DNA of 64,000 nucleotides from Heptranchias perlo (taxonomy: Eukaryota), in contig NC_090334.1 of NCBI RefSeq assembly GCF_035084215.1, forward strand, positions 65,720,001-65,784,000. Direction: 5' to 3'. The position numbers and the translations under genes were made by a program. Of the stretch, positions 24,399 to 37,804 are shown piece by piece; within the stretch, counting starts at the first letter, position 1, and the number at the start of each line of letters is the position of its first letter. A model generated the notes under the pieces. It was not told where the DNA came from and made no database searches. It worked only from the letters and a program-made list of their open reading frames with translations.

Positions 24399-26075
24399 GG
24401 GCGCTAAATTGGGCTGTGTAGCGCCCATTGTTTTGGCGCTACGCGGCCTCCTGAAGTGCCAAGACGGAGTCTTGGCTACGCAAGCACCATTCCAGCATGA
24501 CGTGCGCCGGACGCCATCTTGGTATATGAGTTAGCGTGGGCTCAGATAACGAATGCCGGAAGCATGTGAAGTAAGGAGACAATGGATACAATCAGTGTGC
24601 AACGCTAATTTAAAGTGATAGACACCATTTTGGGACTTAATGCTCAACTCAATGCACAGTCTTAACCCCAACCATCTGAAAGTGCCTTCGAGTGCCTGGA
24701 GGACTGCCACCAGTGCTATTTAAAGGGACCATGCAGGATTTACAGGTTAGTGGCTGGATTATTGCTTCTGGCTGTGAGTCATTTGTAACCGTTTTTGGAG
24801 GCATCCTATACTTGAATACTAGGACGCGGGGACATAGCCTAACATTTAGAGCCAGGATGTGCAGGAGTGAAGTTAGGAAACGCTTCTACATGCAAAGGGT
24901 GGGAAACATTTGGAACGCTTTTCTGCAAACGGCAGTTGCTGCTAGCTCAATTGTGAATTCTAAATCTGAGATTTAAAGATTTCTATGAACCAAGGGTATT
25001 AAGGGATATGGGGCTAAGGCGGGTATATGGAATTGGGTCACAGATCAACCATGATGTCATTGAATGGCGGAACAGGCTCGAGGGGCTAAATGCCACTGAT
25101 ATTTGAAGCCACCTGTTAGGCGCCACCTTCTCCTGCAAGAAAGCTGGACGTGTGTCTGGGTGATGTGCCTGTCGTGGTTGAATAACTGCCAGTGTGTGTG
25201 GCCTGTGATTTGTGGGTGGGCAGCTTGCAACAGTGGTAATGTGTAACGGTGAGAGGAAGTATCTCATTTGAAGAGTTGAGTACTGATGGAAAGAGTTTGT
25301 TGGTATGTGGGTGATGGGGGGTGTAGTGCACAGAGCAGTGGATGTGGCTGGAGGTGCAACTGGTAGGAGACGCCACTTGACAGTTGACCTCACTCACCTT
25401 GACCACTCATGTCAAAGCATTGAACTTCTTCCTGCACTGCATCCATGTTTGTGGTGCTATGCGCCTGGCATTGGCTTTGTCCCTCATTCCCTCACATTGC
25501 CTTTTGGGTATATGTCTGGAAGGCCTCTTGCCCCTCCCCCCCATGGATATAGGATGTCCCTCCTTCTGTCCACCTCTTGCACCAAGGCCTCCAGTGCCTA
25601 AGCAGAGAACCTTGGTGCACGCAGTCTCACAGGCCTGGCACCACCTCAGATCGGCAGATTGGTAAGGCCTGGCATGCAGATTGGAGGATGTGAGATTTAG
25701 TAGTGCGCAACCTTTATTCAAAGTTTTAACATAACTCATCAGTTTGTAAATATAGAGACGGGACTGCATCTGTATTTTATGTGTGCGATGTCTGATCTCC
25801 ATTCAGACTCCGTGCAGACAGCAGATAACAGGTACCAGCTACCTTTAAGAGATTTTTAAGAGACAATTTGCCTTTAAGAGATTGGAGCTCCCACTGCTGG
25901 TGGAAAGTGCAAATTGCATGGAATCCTCGATCAACACTGATTTCCAACGCAGATTGCAGGTAAGTCCTCAGGCCTGGCGAAAGTCTGGTCCTGCCTGCGT
26001 AGGGACATTGGGCGCGGGGTAATAGCGAATCTCGCTACCCCCACCCAAAAACAGGCCCTATCCAATTTTTCCCCC
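24399..26075 (-). mobile_element. Internally deleted Harbinger element with Myb/SANT remnant and a captured CR1 3' fragment (~24810-25095)
   Basis: Termini gggcgctaaattggg / ccaatttttccccc; minus-strand ...TWMQCRKKFNALT matches the Myb exon at 62584-62826. Confidence 0.75.
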
Positions 26076-27211
26076 TTTATGTTTAAATATACCTATATTT
26101 AAATTCAAAACAACATTATAATACTATAAATTAAACCCTTCCACTGAAAATGTTCATTAAAAAATGTCAATTTATGCTGAACATATATGTGCAGATGGCC
26201 CACACAAATCAATAAGGTGCCAGATAGGAAAAGAAAGAAAATGCAAAAGCCTCAGGACAATCGACCATTACAATACAAAAGACTTCCTGAGCTCATTGGA
26301 ATGCCCTGCCCTATCTACGTAGCATGACAGGAACATGGCAGGGACATTAAACCAAGAGCACTGACTGCTCGCATACGACAGGGCCAAGGTCAACAAAACT
26401 GCCCTCAATTTAAAACCCAGTAGGACTTGTTAAGCTCTTAAATTCTGGGAGATAACAAAGAACCACAAGAGTGTTGCTTAGGGGAAACAATTTCCTGCTG
26501 TCTGCCAAACCACAAAGTCAAATATATTTTAAAAAAATCGTCCTGACATACCACATGAAATTAGTGTGGTCGAATGATCCACATCTCCCTAAATCATGAA
26601 GTAAAAGATTGCCACTTGCCATAAAATTAAATGTAATGTTGCCCAAAGCCTAAATTAATTTTCTCTGCACCTACCCCAAATGAACAGTCAGTTATACAAT
26701 AAGTATATGGATCCACGGTCCATATACTTCAGATATGGCTGACTGCAGTGGTCATTTGGCAACTAATTTCAAATTAAACAAAGGCACTATCCCAAACATC
26801 CAACATAAACTTTCTTTTACCCCATTATCATTTGAAGTACCTCTGTTTATAATCCTTACAGCCAAGGTGTATATCTGACAATATAACAAGCCTCATATCT
26901 ATCCATAAATTACTTCATGTGCTGGCTGCCAAAGCTACAACCAAGCTCACCTTATAATTAATGTGCGATCTATGATCAATCAATCTTAAATAAAGCCAGT
27001 CACAACAAGTCCCTCCACTATCTCAGCATATATATCAGTATAAATCATAACTGTAGGTGCTTTATCTAAAAGAACAGATTTAACATTAATCTAACCCAAG
27101 AATGAATCTCCTTAAACAACTGAAATAAGCCAGAGAGAGGTATGAAAGAAAGAAAACCTTGGATTCATATAGCACCTTACCATGTCTCTCAGAAATGTTT
27201 TCAAACACAAT

Positions 27212-27977
27212 GGGCCGGAAAGTGCTTAAAAAAGAACAGTGAGCTCAACACCACTCTGCGTGTTAGTGGCGAAATCGAGGAGCAAGTTCCAGCGTTCGCA
27301 CATGCACAGTAAAACACGGAAAACAGGAACATGCTCCTCCTGGTTCAACGGTGATATGACAGCTTTGCATTAAAGGGAGACCGCCTGCTGGAATCAGTAG
27401 AATCAATGGACCAGTGCCAACTTGCTCTTCTGCCCAGCTGGAAAGTAATTAATTTTGCCCCAAAACAGCTACGCTTAAAAATACCAGGTCTAAACTAAAT
27501 TTTAACAGCGTGGTATGTCTTAATGGCTGCCAAACAACTAAAAATCAACTTTTAAAAATGTGGAGTCTCATTACTCATTATTTTAATAGTTTTTGGACAC
27601 TAAAAAAAATTTGAAATTAAAAAATTATTTTTTAAAAAACTTTTTCCTTCTGTCTCTTTTATTTAATATGATTATTTCTTACCCTCTCTTTTTTCGCTGT
27701 CTATAACTGTTTTTATAAATGTTTTTAATGTTGTACCTTTCACTTCCTGGATTTCATGTTACAGCTTGCAGAAACCCTTCGCAGTGTGTCAAAAAATGCT
27801 GCAATCTGATTGGTTGAGGGGAGAGATCGATCCTCTCGCTTCTCCCATGGGTCCTAGCTTCTCTGGAGTTAACGCTGGGCTCATCTCCGCTCCCTGTTAG
27901 AGGACGTGCACCCAGTAAGTAAAAATCTATGGAGCGGCGAGCACTGTTGATTCACCGCTCAGAGCAATTTCTGGGCC
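27212..27977. mobile_element. Non-autonomous DNA transposon (Harbinger-like TIRs)
   Basis: gggccggaaagtgct ... agcaatttctgggcc; AT-rich centre; splits a SINE. Confidence 0.6.
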
Positions 27978-28092
27978 ACTGAATTGCTTTGAAATGCAGT
28001 GACTGTTGTTATACCATAAGCCATTTTCTACACGAAGAGTTGCACAAACAGCAATGAGATGATTGACCAGTTAATCTGCTATTGGTAGAGGA

Positions 28093-28169
28093 TTGTAAAC
28101 AATTTTACAACACCAAGTTAAAATTGTTTACAATTGTCAACCCCAGTCCATCACCGGCATCTCCACATC
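28093..28169. mobile_element. PLE family A mini-insertion, collapsed palindrome plus tail
   Basis: Same start (ttgtaaacaatttt) and tail (gtcaaccccagtccatcaccggcatctccacat) as 37805-38039; 12-bp TSD attggtagagga at 28081-28092 and 28170-28181. Confidence 0.85.
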
Positions 28170-28489
28170 ATTGGTAGAGGAAGGAATGCTGTTCATGACT
28201 CCTTGAGAACTCCTTGCTCTTCCTGAAATAGTGCCTTTATAATCTTGAGCGTCCTCATGAATTGTTAAAATAGACCTTGGTTTAAGATCTCATCTGAAGG
28301 GCAGCACCTCTGACAACATGCCACTTGTTTGCTACTGTGATGTAGTGTTGACCTAAATTATGTCTTGATGAAAAGCCCAGAGCCTTTGATCCGGAGGCCA
28401 GAGGGCTACCAATTGAGTCAAGCTTACATTAAAGCTATTAATAGCATTTATACTACAGTAAAGAAAGCCACACTTCCCATAATTCATGT

Positions 28490-30652
28490 TCAAAAACATG
28501 AGGGGTAAAATTAAAAAGGAAATTAGGTAAGCAAAGAGATAGCATGAAAAAATACAGGCAAGTAAAATCAAGGAAAACCCAAGGATGTTTTATAAATGCA
28601 ATAAATACATAAAGAGCAAAAGAATAACTAAGGAAAGAGTAGGGCTTATTAGACACCAAAAAGGTAATCTATGTATGGGGCAGAAGATGTGGGTACGGTT
28701 CTTAATGAATACCTGTCTTCACAAAAGAGGGGTACGATGCAAAGATTATAGTTAAGGAGGAGGAGTGTGAAATATTGGATGGGATAAACATTGCGAGAGA
28801 GGAAGTATTAAGGGGTTTATATATATATTACTAAAGGTCCCTTGCTTTTTGTGGTATATATTAATGATTTGGACTTGAATGTAGGGGGCATGATCAAGAC
28901 GTTTGCAGATGATACAAAATTGGTTGTGTGGTTGATAGTGAGGAGGAAAGCTGTAGACTGCAGGAAGGTATGAATGGACTGGTCAGGTGGGCAGAAAAGT
29001 GGCAAATAGAATTCAATCTGGAGAAGTGTGAGTGAATGCATTTGGGAAGGGCAAACAAAGCAACGAAATACACAATAAATGGGAGGATACTGAGAGGTGT
29101 AGAGGAACAGAGGGACCTTGGAGTGCACGTCCACAAATCCCCAAAGGGAGCAGGACAGGTAGATAAGATGGCTAAGCAGAACGTGCCTGCATTCAGCAAG
29201 ACCTGGACAACATCCAGGCTTAGGCTGATAAGTGGCATGTAACATTCGCACCAGACAAATGCCAGGCAATGACAATCTCCAATAAAAGAGATTCTAACCA
29301 CTTCCCCTTGACATTCAACGGCATTACCATCGCCGAATCCCCCACCATCAACATCCTGGGGTTCACCATTGACCAGAAACTTAACTGGACCAGCCACCTA
29401 AATTCTATGGCTACAAGAGCAGGTCAGAGGCTGGGTATTCTGTGGCGAGTGACTCACCTCCTGACTCCCCAAAGCCTCACCACTGTCTACAAGGCACATG
29501 TCAGGAGTGTGATGGAATACTCTCCACTTGCCTGGATGAGTGCAGTTCCAACAACACTCAAGAGGCTCGACACCATCCAGGACAAAGCAGCCCGCTTGAT
29601 TGGTACACCATTCACCACGGTAAACATTCACTCCCTTCATCACCGGCGCACTGTGGCTGCAGTGTGCACCATCTACAGGATGCACTGCAGCAACTTGCCA
29701 TGGCTTCTTTGACAGCGCCTCCCAAACCCGCGACCTCTACCACCTAGAAGGACAAGGGCAGCAGGCACATGGAAACAACACCACCTGCACATTCCCTTCC
29801 AAGTCACACACCATCCTGACTTGGAAATATATCACCGTTCCTTCATCGTCGCTGGGTCAAAATCCTGGAACTCCCTTCCTAACAGCACTGTGGGAGAATC
29901 TTCACCACACGGACTGCAGCAGTTCAAGGAAGCGGCTCACCACCACCTTCTCAAGGGCAATTAGGGATGGGCAATAAATGCTGGCCTTGCCAGCGACACC
30001 CACATCCCATGAACGAATAAAAAAAAAGAAGGCATACGGGATACTTTCCTTTATTAGCCGAGGTATAAAATATAAGAGCAGGGAGGTTATGCTAGAACTG
30101 TAGTTAGGCCACAGCTTGAGCACTGCATACAGTTCTGATCACCACATTACAGGAAAGATGTGATTGCACAAGATAGGGTACAGAGGAGATTTACGAGGAT
30201 GTTGCCACGGCTGGAGAATTTTAGCAATGAGAAAAGTTTGGATCAGCTGGGATTGTTTTCTTTGGAACAAAGGAGGCTGAGGGGAGATTTAATTGAAGTG
30301 TATAAAATTATGAGGGGCCCAGATAGAGTGGATAGGGAGGACCTACTACCCTCAGCAGAGGGGTCACTGACTAGGGGGCATAGATTTAAAGTAATTGGTA
30401 GAAGGAATAGAGGGGAGCTGAGGAGAAAATTTTGATGGGGGTCTGGAACTCACTGCTTGAAAGGGTGGTAGAGGCAGAAACCACAACTCATTTAAAAAGT
30501 ACTTGGATGTGCACTTGAAGTGCCGTAACCTACAGGGCTACGGTCCAAGAGCTGGAAAGTGGGATTAAGCTGGATGGCTCTTTTTTGTCCGGCACGAACA
30601 TGGTGGGCCGAATGGCCTCCTCCTGTGCCGTAACTTTCTATGATTCTATGAT
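28490..30652 (+). mobile_element. CR1 LINE with an internal deletion (~28817-28836) and a nested LINE
   Basis: KYIKSKRITKERVG pre-RT region joined through a (TA)n patch to GPLLFVVYIND...FADD; C-terminus 30160-30435; (attctatg) tail. Confidence 0.85.
29177..30027 (+). mobile_element. Second non-LTR family (CR1/L2 group) 3' fragment nested in CR1
   Basis: ORF 29269-29712 (ILGFTIDQKLNWTSH...YKAHVRSVMEYSPLAW...IQDKAARLI); ends cccatgaacgaataaaaaaaa; host CR1 resumes at gaaggcatacggg. Confidence 0.85.
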
Positions 30653-31900
30653 CTAAGAATGAGGCCAGCACTCATGAGAATATATGGGTCATTTTTTGAG
30701 TATGCAGTAGCGATGGGGAACCTTGCTTCCTGTCAATGCATATCAGAAAATTGCTGGCATGCCGCCCATATCCCTGAAATTCCACATGGGTCCTCCCAGT
30801 CTCCCACTTAACTCCAACCGGAGATTGATGCAACCCCCAGGGAAACTGCATAGAGCCGTTTTCAAACATTTATATTGTTTCCCAGCGATTTCCAACGGTC
30901 TCCTGCTGGAATTGCAGTGGGAGGCCGGGAGAAGCCCCATGAAATTTTAGGGCCACTATTTTCTGTCTATCTACTCTGTATACAACCTATAATGTCAATG
31001 AGGCCATCGTGTTGCCATACCATGATACCATGTTTCTTTATTACAACTGCATTGAGGCAGGTTAACCATGGTTCCACTGACATGTTGTTCTATTTGTCAG
31101 ACATCACCATTTCCCAGTTGGGAGGAGAAGGTGATTTCTCCACCAATGTTAAGTGGATGCATCTGGGGGGAGTTCCTGGGCTATATCAGGAATTATGCCC
31201 ATTCAGCCCTTATAAGGCCACAGTAAAGCTTTTGCCAGCACATGCTCCAAACCTTTAGGAGACAACGGTAATAAACCCTGGAAGGGCTTAATTACCTTAT
31301 TTTAAATTAATCCAGGCTCTTATTGTAGCTAAAGACGTCTTTGGTCCAGGAAAGGCCTTGGAGCAGCTCAAATGGAGCAGCTGTGGGCCACTCCATCTTA
31401 TAGTTTGGGACGGAGTCTGGGAAGTGTCATGCTTGGGCAGACAGGGGCTTCCACTCCACCACACTTGCACTTGGCACGGGGCCCCAGGAATTTCAGGCTG
31501 ATTTGCATGTATGAATTATTTCAAATTCATTGAGCACTAGTAAGCAGCAAACAAAAACATAGATGGAAGGAGGTGGGCAGTGTAAGAGTTAAATATATAA
31601 AATATTTAGAAATCTTTATACCGTACACCCCTGAATAGTCAGGAGCATTGCTTGCTGGTGAAAGCCTCAAATACTCTGGTCAAGTCAACAGCAAAAGAAA
31701 TATGTATGATCCCTGGCCGTGGATGTGTGTTTTGTTTTTAACAATTTGCCGTTTTATGATCAGTGGCTACCAAATAGACGATTTATTTTTTTGTGGTGCT
31801 AGGCTTTAAGGTGAAGATTAAAATCAAGAACTATGTTGGTCTCACAATGACTTTGTTGTTAAGGGCAGTCTGATTGAAAATACTGTGGAATCTATGTTCT

Positions 31901-32525
31901 AGGGGATTCTACAGCCCCCATATTTACGGGAAGGCAGGAAGGGTGCGGGGAGCGAGTCTAAAACGCGGAAAGCCCCAGGACGCGATTTGGCAGGACCTCA
32001 CTAACATTAGATTGACAGGCTGGCCAGCCGTCAGCGGGAAAATCAACGGCAGGAGGCCACAGCTGGGGACTGTAGGGGATTGGGGCTTGGTGGGGGGGTG
32101 TGAGTCAGAGTCCGGCAGCGAGGGGAGGCCACAATCGATAGAACGGAGGCCGAAGGCTTCCTTGAGGGGCCAAGGGGAGCAATCCTGCTCCTTCTGGTCC
32201 ACAAGGAGTGCTATTAAAAGCACTAACCTGCTGGAGCCAGCAGCAACCATCTCCATTTTGCTGCTGGGTTTCCCGCACCCTGGGAAACCTAGCTGGCAAC
32301 TGTTAAATTTAAATCAGGCTCCCAGCTGCACCGTGAGAGCCTGATTTAAATATGATAATGAAGTGTCCCACCTCTCCAAAACGGAAGACTCACGCAGCAT
32401 GCAAACCGCGGACGTAAAAATGGCGGCAGGGACGCGTTTCCCGATTTTTAATTTTTAACCCCCCCTCCATCCACAACACACTCCCGCCCGTCGTGCAGGG
32501 GTGTGGGTGGTTAATATCATGGCCT
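31901..32525 (+). mobile_element. GC-rich non-autonomous DNA transposon (relative of 7727-8588)
   Basis: Shared blocks gattgacaggctggc, ctgctccttctggtccacaagg, aaagcactaacctg, ttttaatttttaacccc. Confidence 0.55.
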
Positions 32526-34084
32526 ACGAGTTTCTAGAGTGTAGTTTCTTCCACACACTTTATAGATCAGCAAATGCCTCACAATTTTATAAACATGAGA
32601 GAGAACTTTAAGACTACACAGATCTCAGGGAATTATACCTGCAAAGTACTGTAAAATTATAAAAAGTGAAACTGTAATTAATGAAATAATCTTTGAACTA
32701 GTTACTTCAGTCAAATAAGCTTTGCATTGATTTGTTGATCCCAGTCGAATTTAAACAATACAAGACAAGATGTGAAGTAATGTTCCAAAGGAACAAGAAC
32801 TTCATCTAGGTTATTGACTCACTGCTCTTACACATACAGCAGCTAATGCAAAGGCATCTCATCCAGGGTCTGGGTGAGAGTTGTTTATTGCTGAAGGTTC
32901 CTCATGTGCAAACTATCACAGCTTCATTCCTGGCTCCAAACACAAATACGCTCTGAGGTCGGGGGTGGGGGAGGGAGCAAGGTTGAATTCTGTTTGGATT
33001 CCCATCGGGCATGAGACAGTGATGTTGTGTGATTTCTACATCAGCAGATGGTTGATAGCGCTTTGAATGTTTGTTTCATGCTACATGGAAATTACCTCAT
33101 AACAAGAAGCATCTGGTCATGTTTCCAATTTTCTAAATTGACAACAGTGGAGTCAAACCTGTGCACAGAAAATTAGAGCTATCAGGCGCCTGAATATAAA
33201 TACTGACTTTTAAGCATTTTTACTTTTCAAACATAAATTTGGTCATTAGTACCAAATTATAGAAATTTGATAAACTCTATTGATGCAATTAACATAAATA
33301 ATTCCATCTAATCTGCTTATATTTGCTTTCTCTCATTACATTTATTATTCTATTTGAATGTTTATAACTATGTTCATTAGCCTTTTCTCATTCAATTGAG
33401 GAGTGTATTCAGGGTTTCTGCATTGATATATTTACCCCAGTTGTGAAGCTCCAAGGTAATTTTGTGCTGTGTGCACATACCCAATGGGACTGGAATAAAA
33501 CTGCCTGAAATTATTTTGCTTAAAACCTATAATAGCTACCAAATAAAAGCACAGTTTCACACTAGTGTTTGAAGTCAGTGCAAACGGTAAATCCCAGATA
33601 CGAAAGGGTAATGTTCCCCTGTAGACTATGGCAGTAAACAGATCTTCGAGCCCATTATCTTCCCAACATCTTTTAACAAATAACATTGCAACTTTTTTTC
33701 TTAAAAAGCTTACTCAAATAAATATTATATATTTATTCTGTACAGGGGTGGGCTTAACTCTGAAAGTAAACCATCTGCAGAATTTTTATTAATTAGCTAT
33801 AAAATGAATACCATTAATCACTTATTTCACTTATTTTCACTTATTTCCCTTCAAGTAAAATTAGAATGCTTCTTTCTATCGAAAATCGTGATCTTAATTC
33901 CTCTTACCTTTCATCTGGAATTCACCTTTCCATTTTCACAGGTCAATTATGCACACAGTTTGCTCCAACTCAAAGAGCTTTTGCCTACATAAATTGTGTA
34001 GTATACCTTGAGATGATAAGAGTAATTCCAACTGGTACAACATGCAATGCAAAGTTTGCAGAGTTCATTACAGTGCCTGGAAAC

Positions 34085-35250
34085 TTTTAAACTTTTTTTA
34101 TCCATTGGTTTTTTATCCTTTCTATAATGGAGTGCCCGAAACTGCACACAATATTTCAACTGCAGCCTAATTAAGGTTTTGTGTGTGTTCAACATTACCT
34201 CTTTGTTTTTGTATTCTATACCTGTAGATATAATATCAAGGTTTCCTTTTTTATGGTCTTACGTTCTCGTTTCTACTTTTAATGACCTGTTTATCTGCAT
34301 ACCAAGGAACCTCTTTTCAACTTCATTTAAAATGTTACCATTTAAAGTGCATTCCTTTCCCTATTCTTACTTCCAAAATGTGTTGTTTCACATTTTTCTC
34401 CATTGAACTGTATCTGCCACCTATCTGCACACCCCGTTAGTCTATCTCTGTCCTCCTGCAGTCATCACAATTCTTGTCATCATTTGCCACATCCCTCGCT
34501 TTGATGTGCTAAAAAAATTCAATATTGTTCCCTTGACTACTCCAGATCATTTATATATATAGTAAAGAAAAGCATTACCAACACAGACCCCTGTGAAATA
34601 TAACTCACAATATCTTTCCAGTCTAAAAACCTTCCACTTGCCCCTGCCCTTTGCTTTCCTTTCACCAATCATCTCTTTATCCATGTGGCCACGTTCCCCT
34701 TAATTCAATGTGTCTTTACTTATGCCACAAGTTCTTTATCTACTCCCTAATCAAATGCTTTCTCCAAGTGTTTAATAATTTCATCCTCTATTATAGAGTC
34801 TTGTAAGCTACCAACAACTGGAGTAAGACTAATTGGCCTGTAATTTCGTGCTTCATCTCTGTCTCCTTTTCTGATGTGGATTCCACCTTTCCCTCTAGGT
34901 ATCTGGCACAGTTTTTCTTTCCACAGAACAATGGAAAATTATAGTCAGAACCTTTACTATCTCTCCCCGGGCTTCACTTGGGATCCTTGGCTGTGAACCA
35001 TCAGGTTCTGGTGATTTCTTTATCTCAAATGTGAGTGTCCTCCTTAGCACCTTTTGTCTTTGAATTTACTAATTGTCCTAATCCACGTCTGGTGGTTCTA
35101 CAATCTAAATATCCACCTCCTCTCAGGCAAAGCACTTAATTAGTATTTAGTTTTATTTACTTATTTAGTATCTCTGTCATCTCCTCATCTCTTTCATTTC
35201 ACAAAGATTCTACCCCTACGTTGACTACCTCTTATTAACATGCATAAAAG
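34085..35250 (-). mobile_element. Ancient CR1 ORF2 fragment
   Basis: Minus-strand LIRLQLKYCVQFRALHYRKD (ORF 33947-34195) and further decayed RT-like sequence. Confidence 0.65.
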
Positions 35251-37804
35251 ACATTGTTTGTCTCCTTTCTGCTTTTTGCTACTTTTCTCCAATACTCTGC
35301 CTTAGCTTTTTTAATCCCCATCATTGTCGCTTTCCCATCATTTAAGGCCCTAAATTTTCACAGGGCCAGTGGCGTACACCCACTAAGGAAGTCGGCTAGG
35401 AATGCAGCATTGCCTCTAGAAAAATTGGCTAGAATCCGGATATGTCAGGTCTGAATCCACACAATGAGTTTCCATTGGGTCCTGTTTAGGGCAGGACCTC
35501 TGCCTGCATCAAATGTGGTCCATTACATTGGAGGGGGAAGGGGAGGAGCAGGGGCCAGGACCGGGGCCGAGGGAGGGAATTCCCATGCCAGGAATTACCG
35601 CAGCCCTGGCCTTCCTAACACCAATGACTAGATGCCGAGATGAACCAGACGTATAGGTCTACTCAGTAGTGCAAATGGGGCCCACCTAGGGGTCCAGGCC
35701 TGAATCCTGCCCTACCCCTAATCAAAATCCACCTCCGTTTTCACTATTGGCCTCCTTATAAAGGGGCCCAATTGAGAATGCACAAAAGGTGCTGGCACAT
35801 CAACAGATAGCATGCTGGCACTGCCTTCCCTACCCCTCTCCCTGTAGCTCAAGACGCATTAACAGTGACCCAGGTTTCCACCAATTCCAAACAATTTAGG
35901 TGACCTTCATGATCCACTCTGGTAGGATCAGGAGCAAAGGTAACTGACATCCACTCGATTGCAATTCTGCTGGCAGAACGAGATTGAAATTTTCTACCCC
36001 TTTATAATTATGATCTGCTCTGTGAGTGTTAAATGCCACTCTGTCCATTTTCAAATTGATCAAACGTTTTGACACATTCCCTTCATTCTTTACTGGAGTA
36101 CACTTGATTTGTATATTTTCCATCTGTGGGTTAAATATCTCCCATTTGCTCATCCACGGTTATATTTGCCAATTTTATTTTCCATTTTATTTCACTATAT
36201 TTAGCTTTCATCCAGCCATGTCCTCAACTTTTCTTTTCCCTCTTTATTCTTATGCTGATCCTATTTATATTGTGGTCACTATTTTCCAATTGTTCTCCTA
36301 TCTTGTGGTCACCCACTTGCTCTGTTTCATTACCCGGAACCAGGTCAGGCAATGCTTCCTTCCTTGTTAGAGCAGTAACATAATGACTAAGAACACTGTC
36401 CTGAACACACTGCAAACTACCTCCCCTTTCTCACCACATTTTCCTTATACCAGTCTTTTTTTTGGATTGTAAAAATTTCCTACAGTGGAGGGAAGTTAAT
36501 GGTGAGGGAGAGGCTTGGTCTCCAGTGAAAAAATAATATCTGTGCTGATTGGAGCTGCCCCCATGTTGGGCCGGAGTGAAGTGATGGGAGGAGGTATTGG
36601 TTTGTGATGTGTTTATTTTCTCTTCCATATAAATAAACCTCTACTGTTAATACATGCCTCTCTAATTTATGCCTCAGGTCATCTTCTGCTGAAAGCCTCA
36701 TCCATTTTTTTGTTACCTCTAGACTTGACTATTCCAATGCTCTCCTGGCCAGCCTCCCACCTTACACCCTCCATAAACTTGAGTTCATCCAAAACTCTGC
36801 TGCCCATATCCTAACTCGCACAAAGTCCCGTTCACCCATCACCCCTGTGCTCGTTGACCTATATTGGCTCATGGTCCAGCAACGCTTCGAATTTAAAATT
36901 CGCATCTTCATTTTCAAATCCCTCCATGGCCTCGCTCCTCCCTATCTCTGTAACCGCCTGCAGCCTTACAACCCTCTGAGATCTCTGCGCTCCTCCAATT
37001 CTGGCCTCTTGCTTATCCATGATTTTACTCACTGCACCATTAGCATGCGTGCCTTCTGCTGCCTTGGCCCTAAGCTCTGGAATTTCCTCCCTAAGCCATC
37101 CACCTCTCCACCTCTCTCTCCTTCTTTAAGACGCTCCTAAAAAACTTACCTTTTTGAGCAAGCTTTTGATCACCTGTCCTAATATCTCCTTACGTGGCTC
37201 AGTGTCAAAATGTGTTTGATAACGATCCTATAGAATCATAGAAAGGTTACAGCCTGGAAGGAGGCCATTCGGCCCATCAAATCTATGCCGGCTTTCTGCA
37301 AGAGCAATCCAGCTAGTCCCGCTCCCCCGCCTATCCCCATAGCCCTGCGATTTTTTTCCTTTCAAGTACTTATCCAGTTCCCTTTTGAAAGCCATAATTG
37401 AATTTGCCTCCACCGCCCCCTCAGGCAGTGCATTCCAGATCCTAACCACTCGCTGTGTAAAAAGGTTTTTCCTCATGTCACCTTTGTTTCTTTTGCCAGT
37501 CACCTTAACTCTATATCCTCTGGATCTTTACCCTTCTGTCAATGGGAACAGTTTCTCTCTATCTACTCTGTCTGGACCCTTCATGATTTTTAATACTTCT
37601 ATCAAATCTCCTCGCAACCGTCTCTGTTCCAAGGAGAACAACCCCAGCTTCTCCAGTCTATCCACGTGACTAAAGTCCCGCATCCCTGGAATCAATCTAG
37701 TAAATCTCTTCTGCAGCCTCTCCAAAGCCTTCACATCTTTCCTAAAGTATGGTGTCCAGAACTGGACACAATACTCCAGCTGTGGCCAAACCAATGTTTT
37801 ATAA

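Larger units (their letters stand above)
27147..28424 (-). mobile_element. DeuSINE, interrupted by a MITE (27212-27977) and a PLE mini-insertion (28093-28169)
   Basis: Tail 27147-27211 joins 27978 onward; colinear with 47800-48238. Confidence 0.6.
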
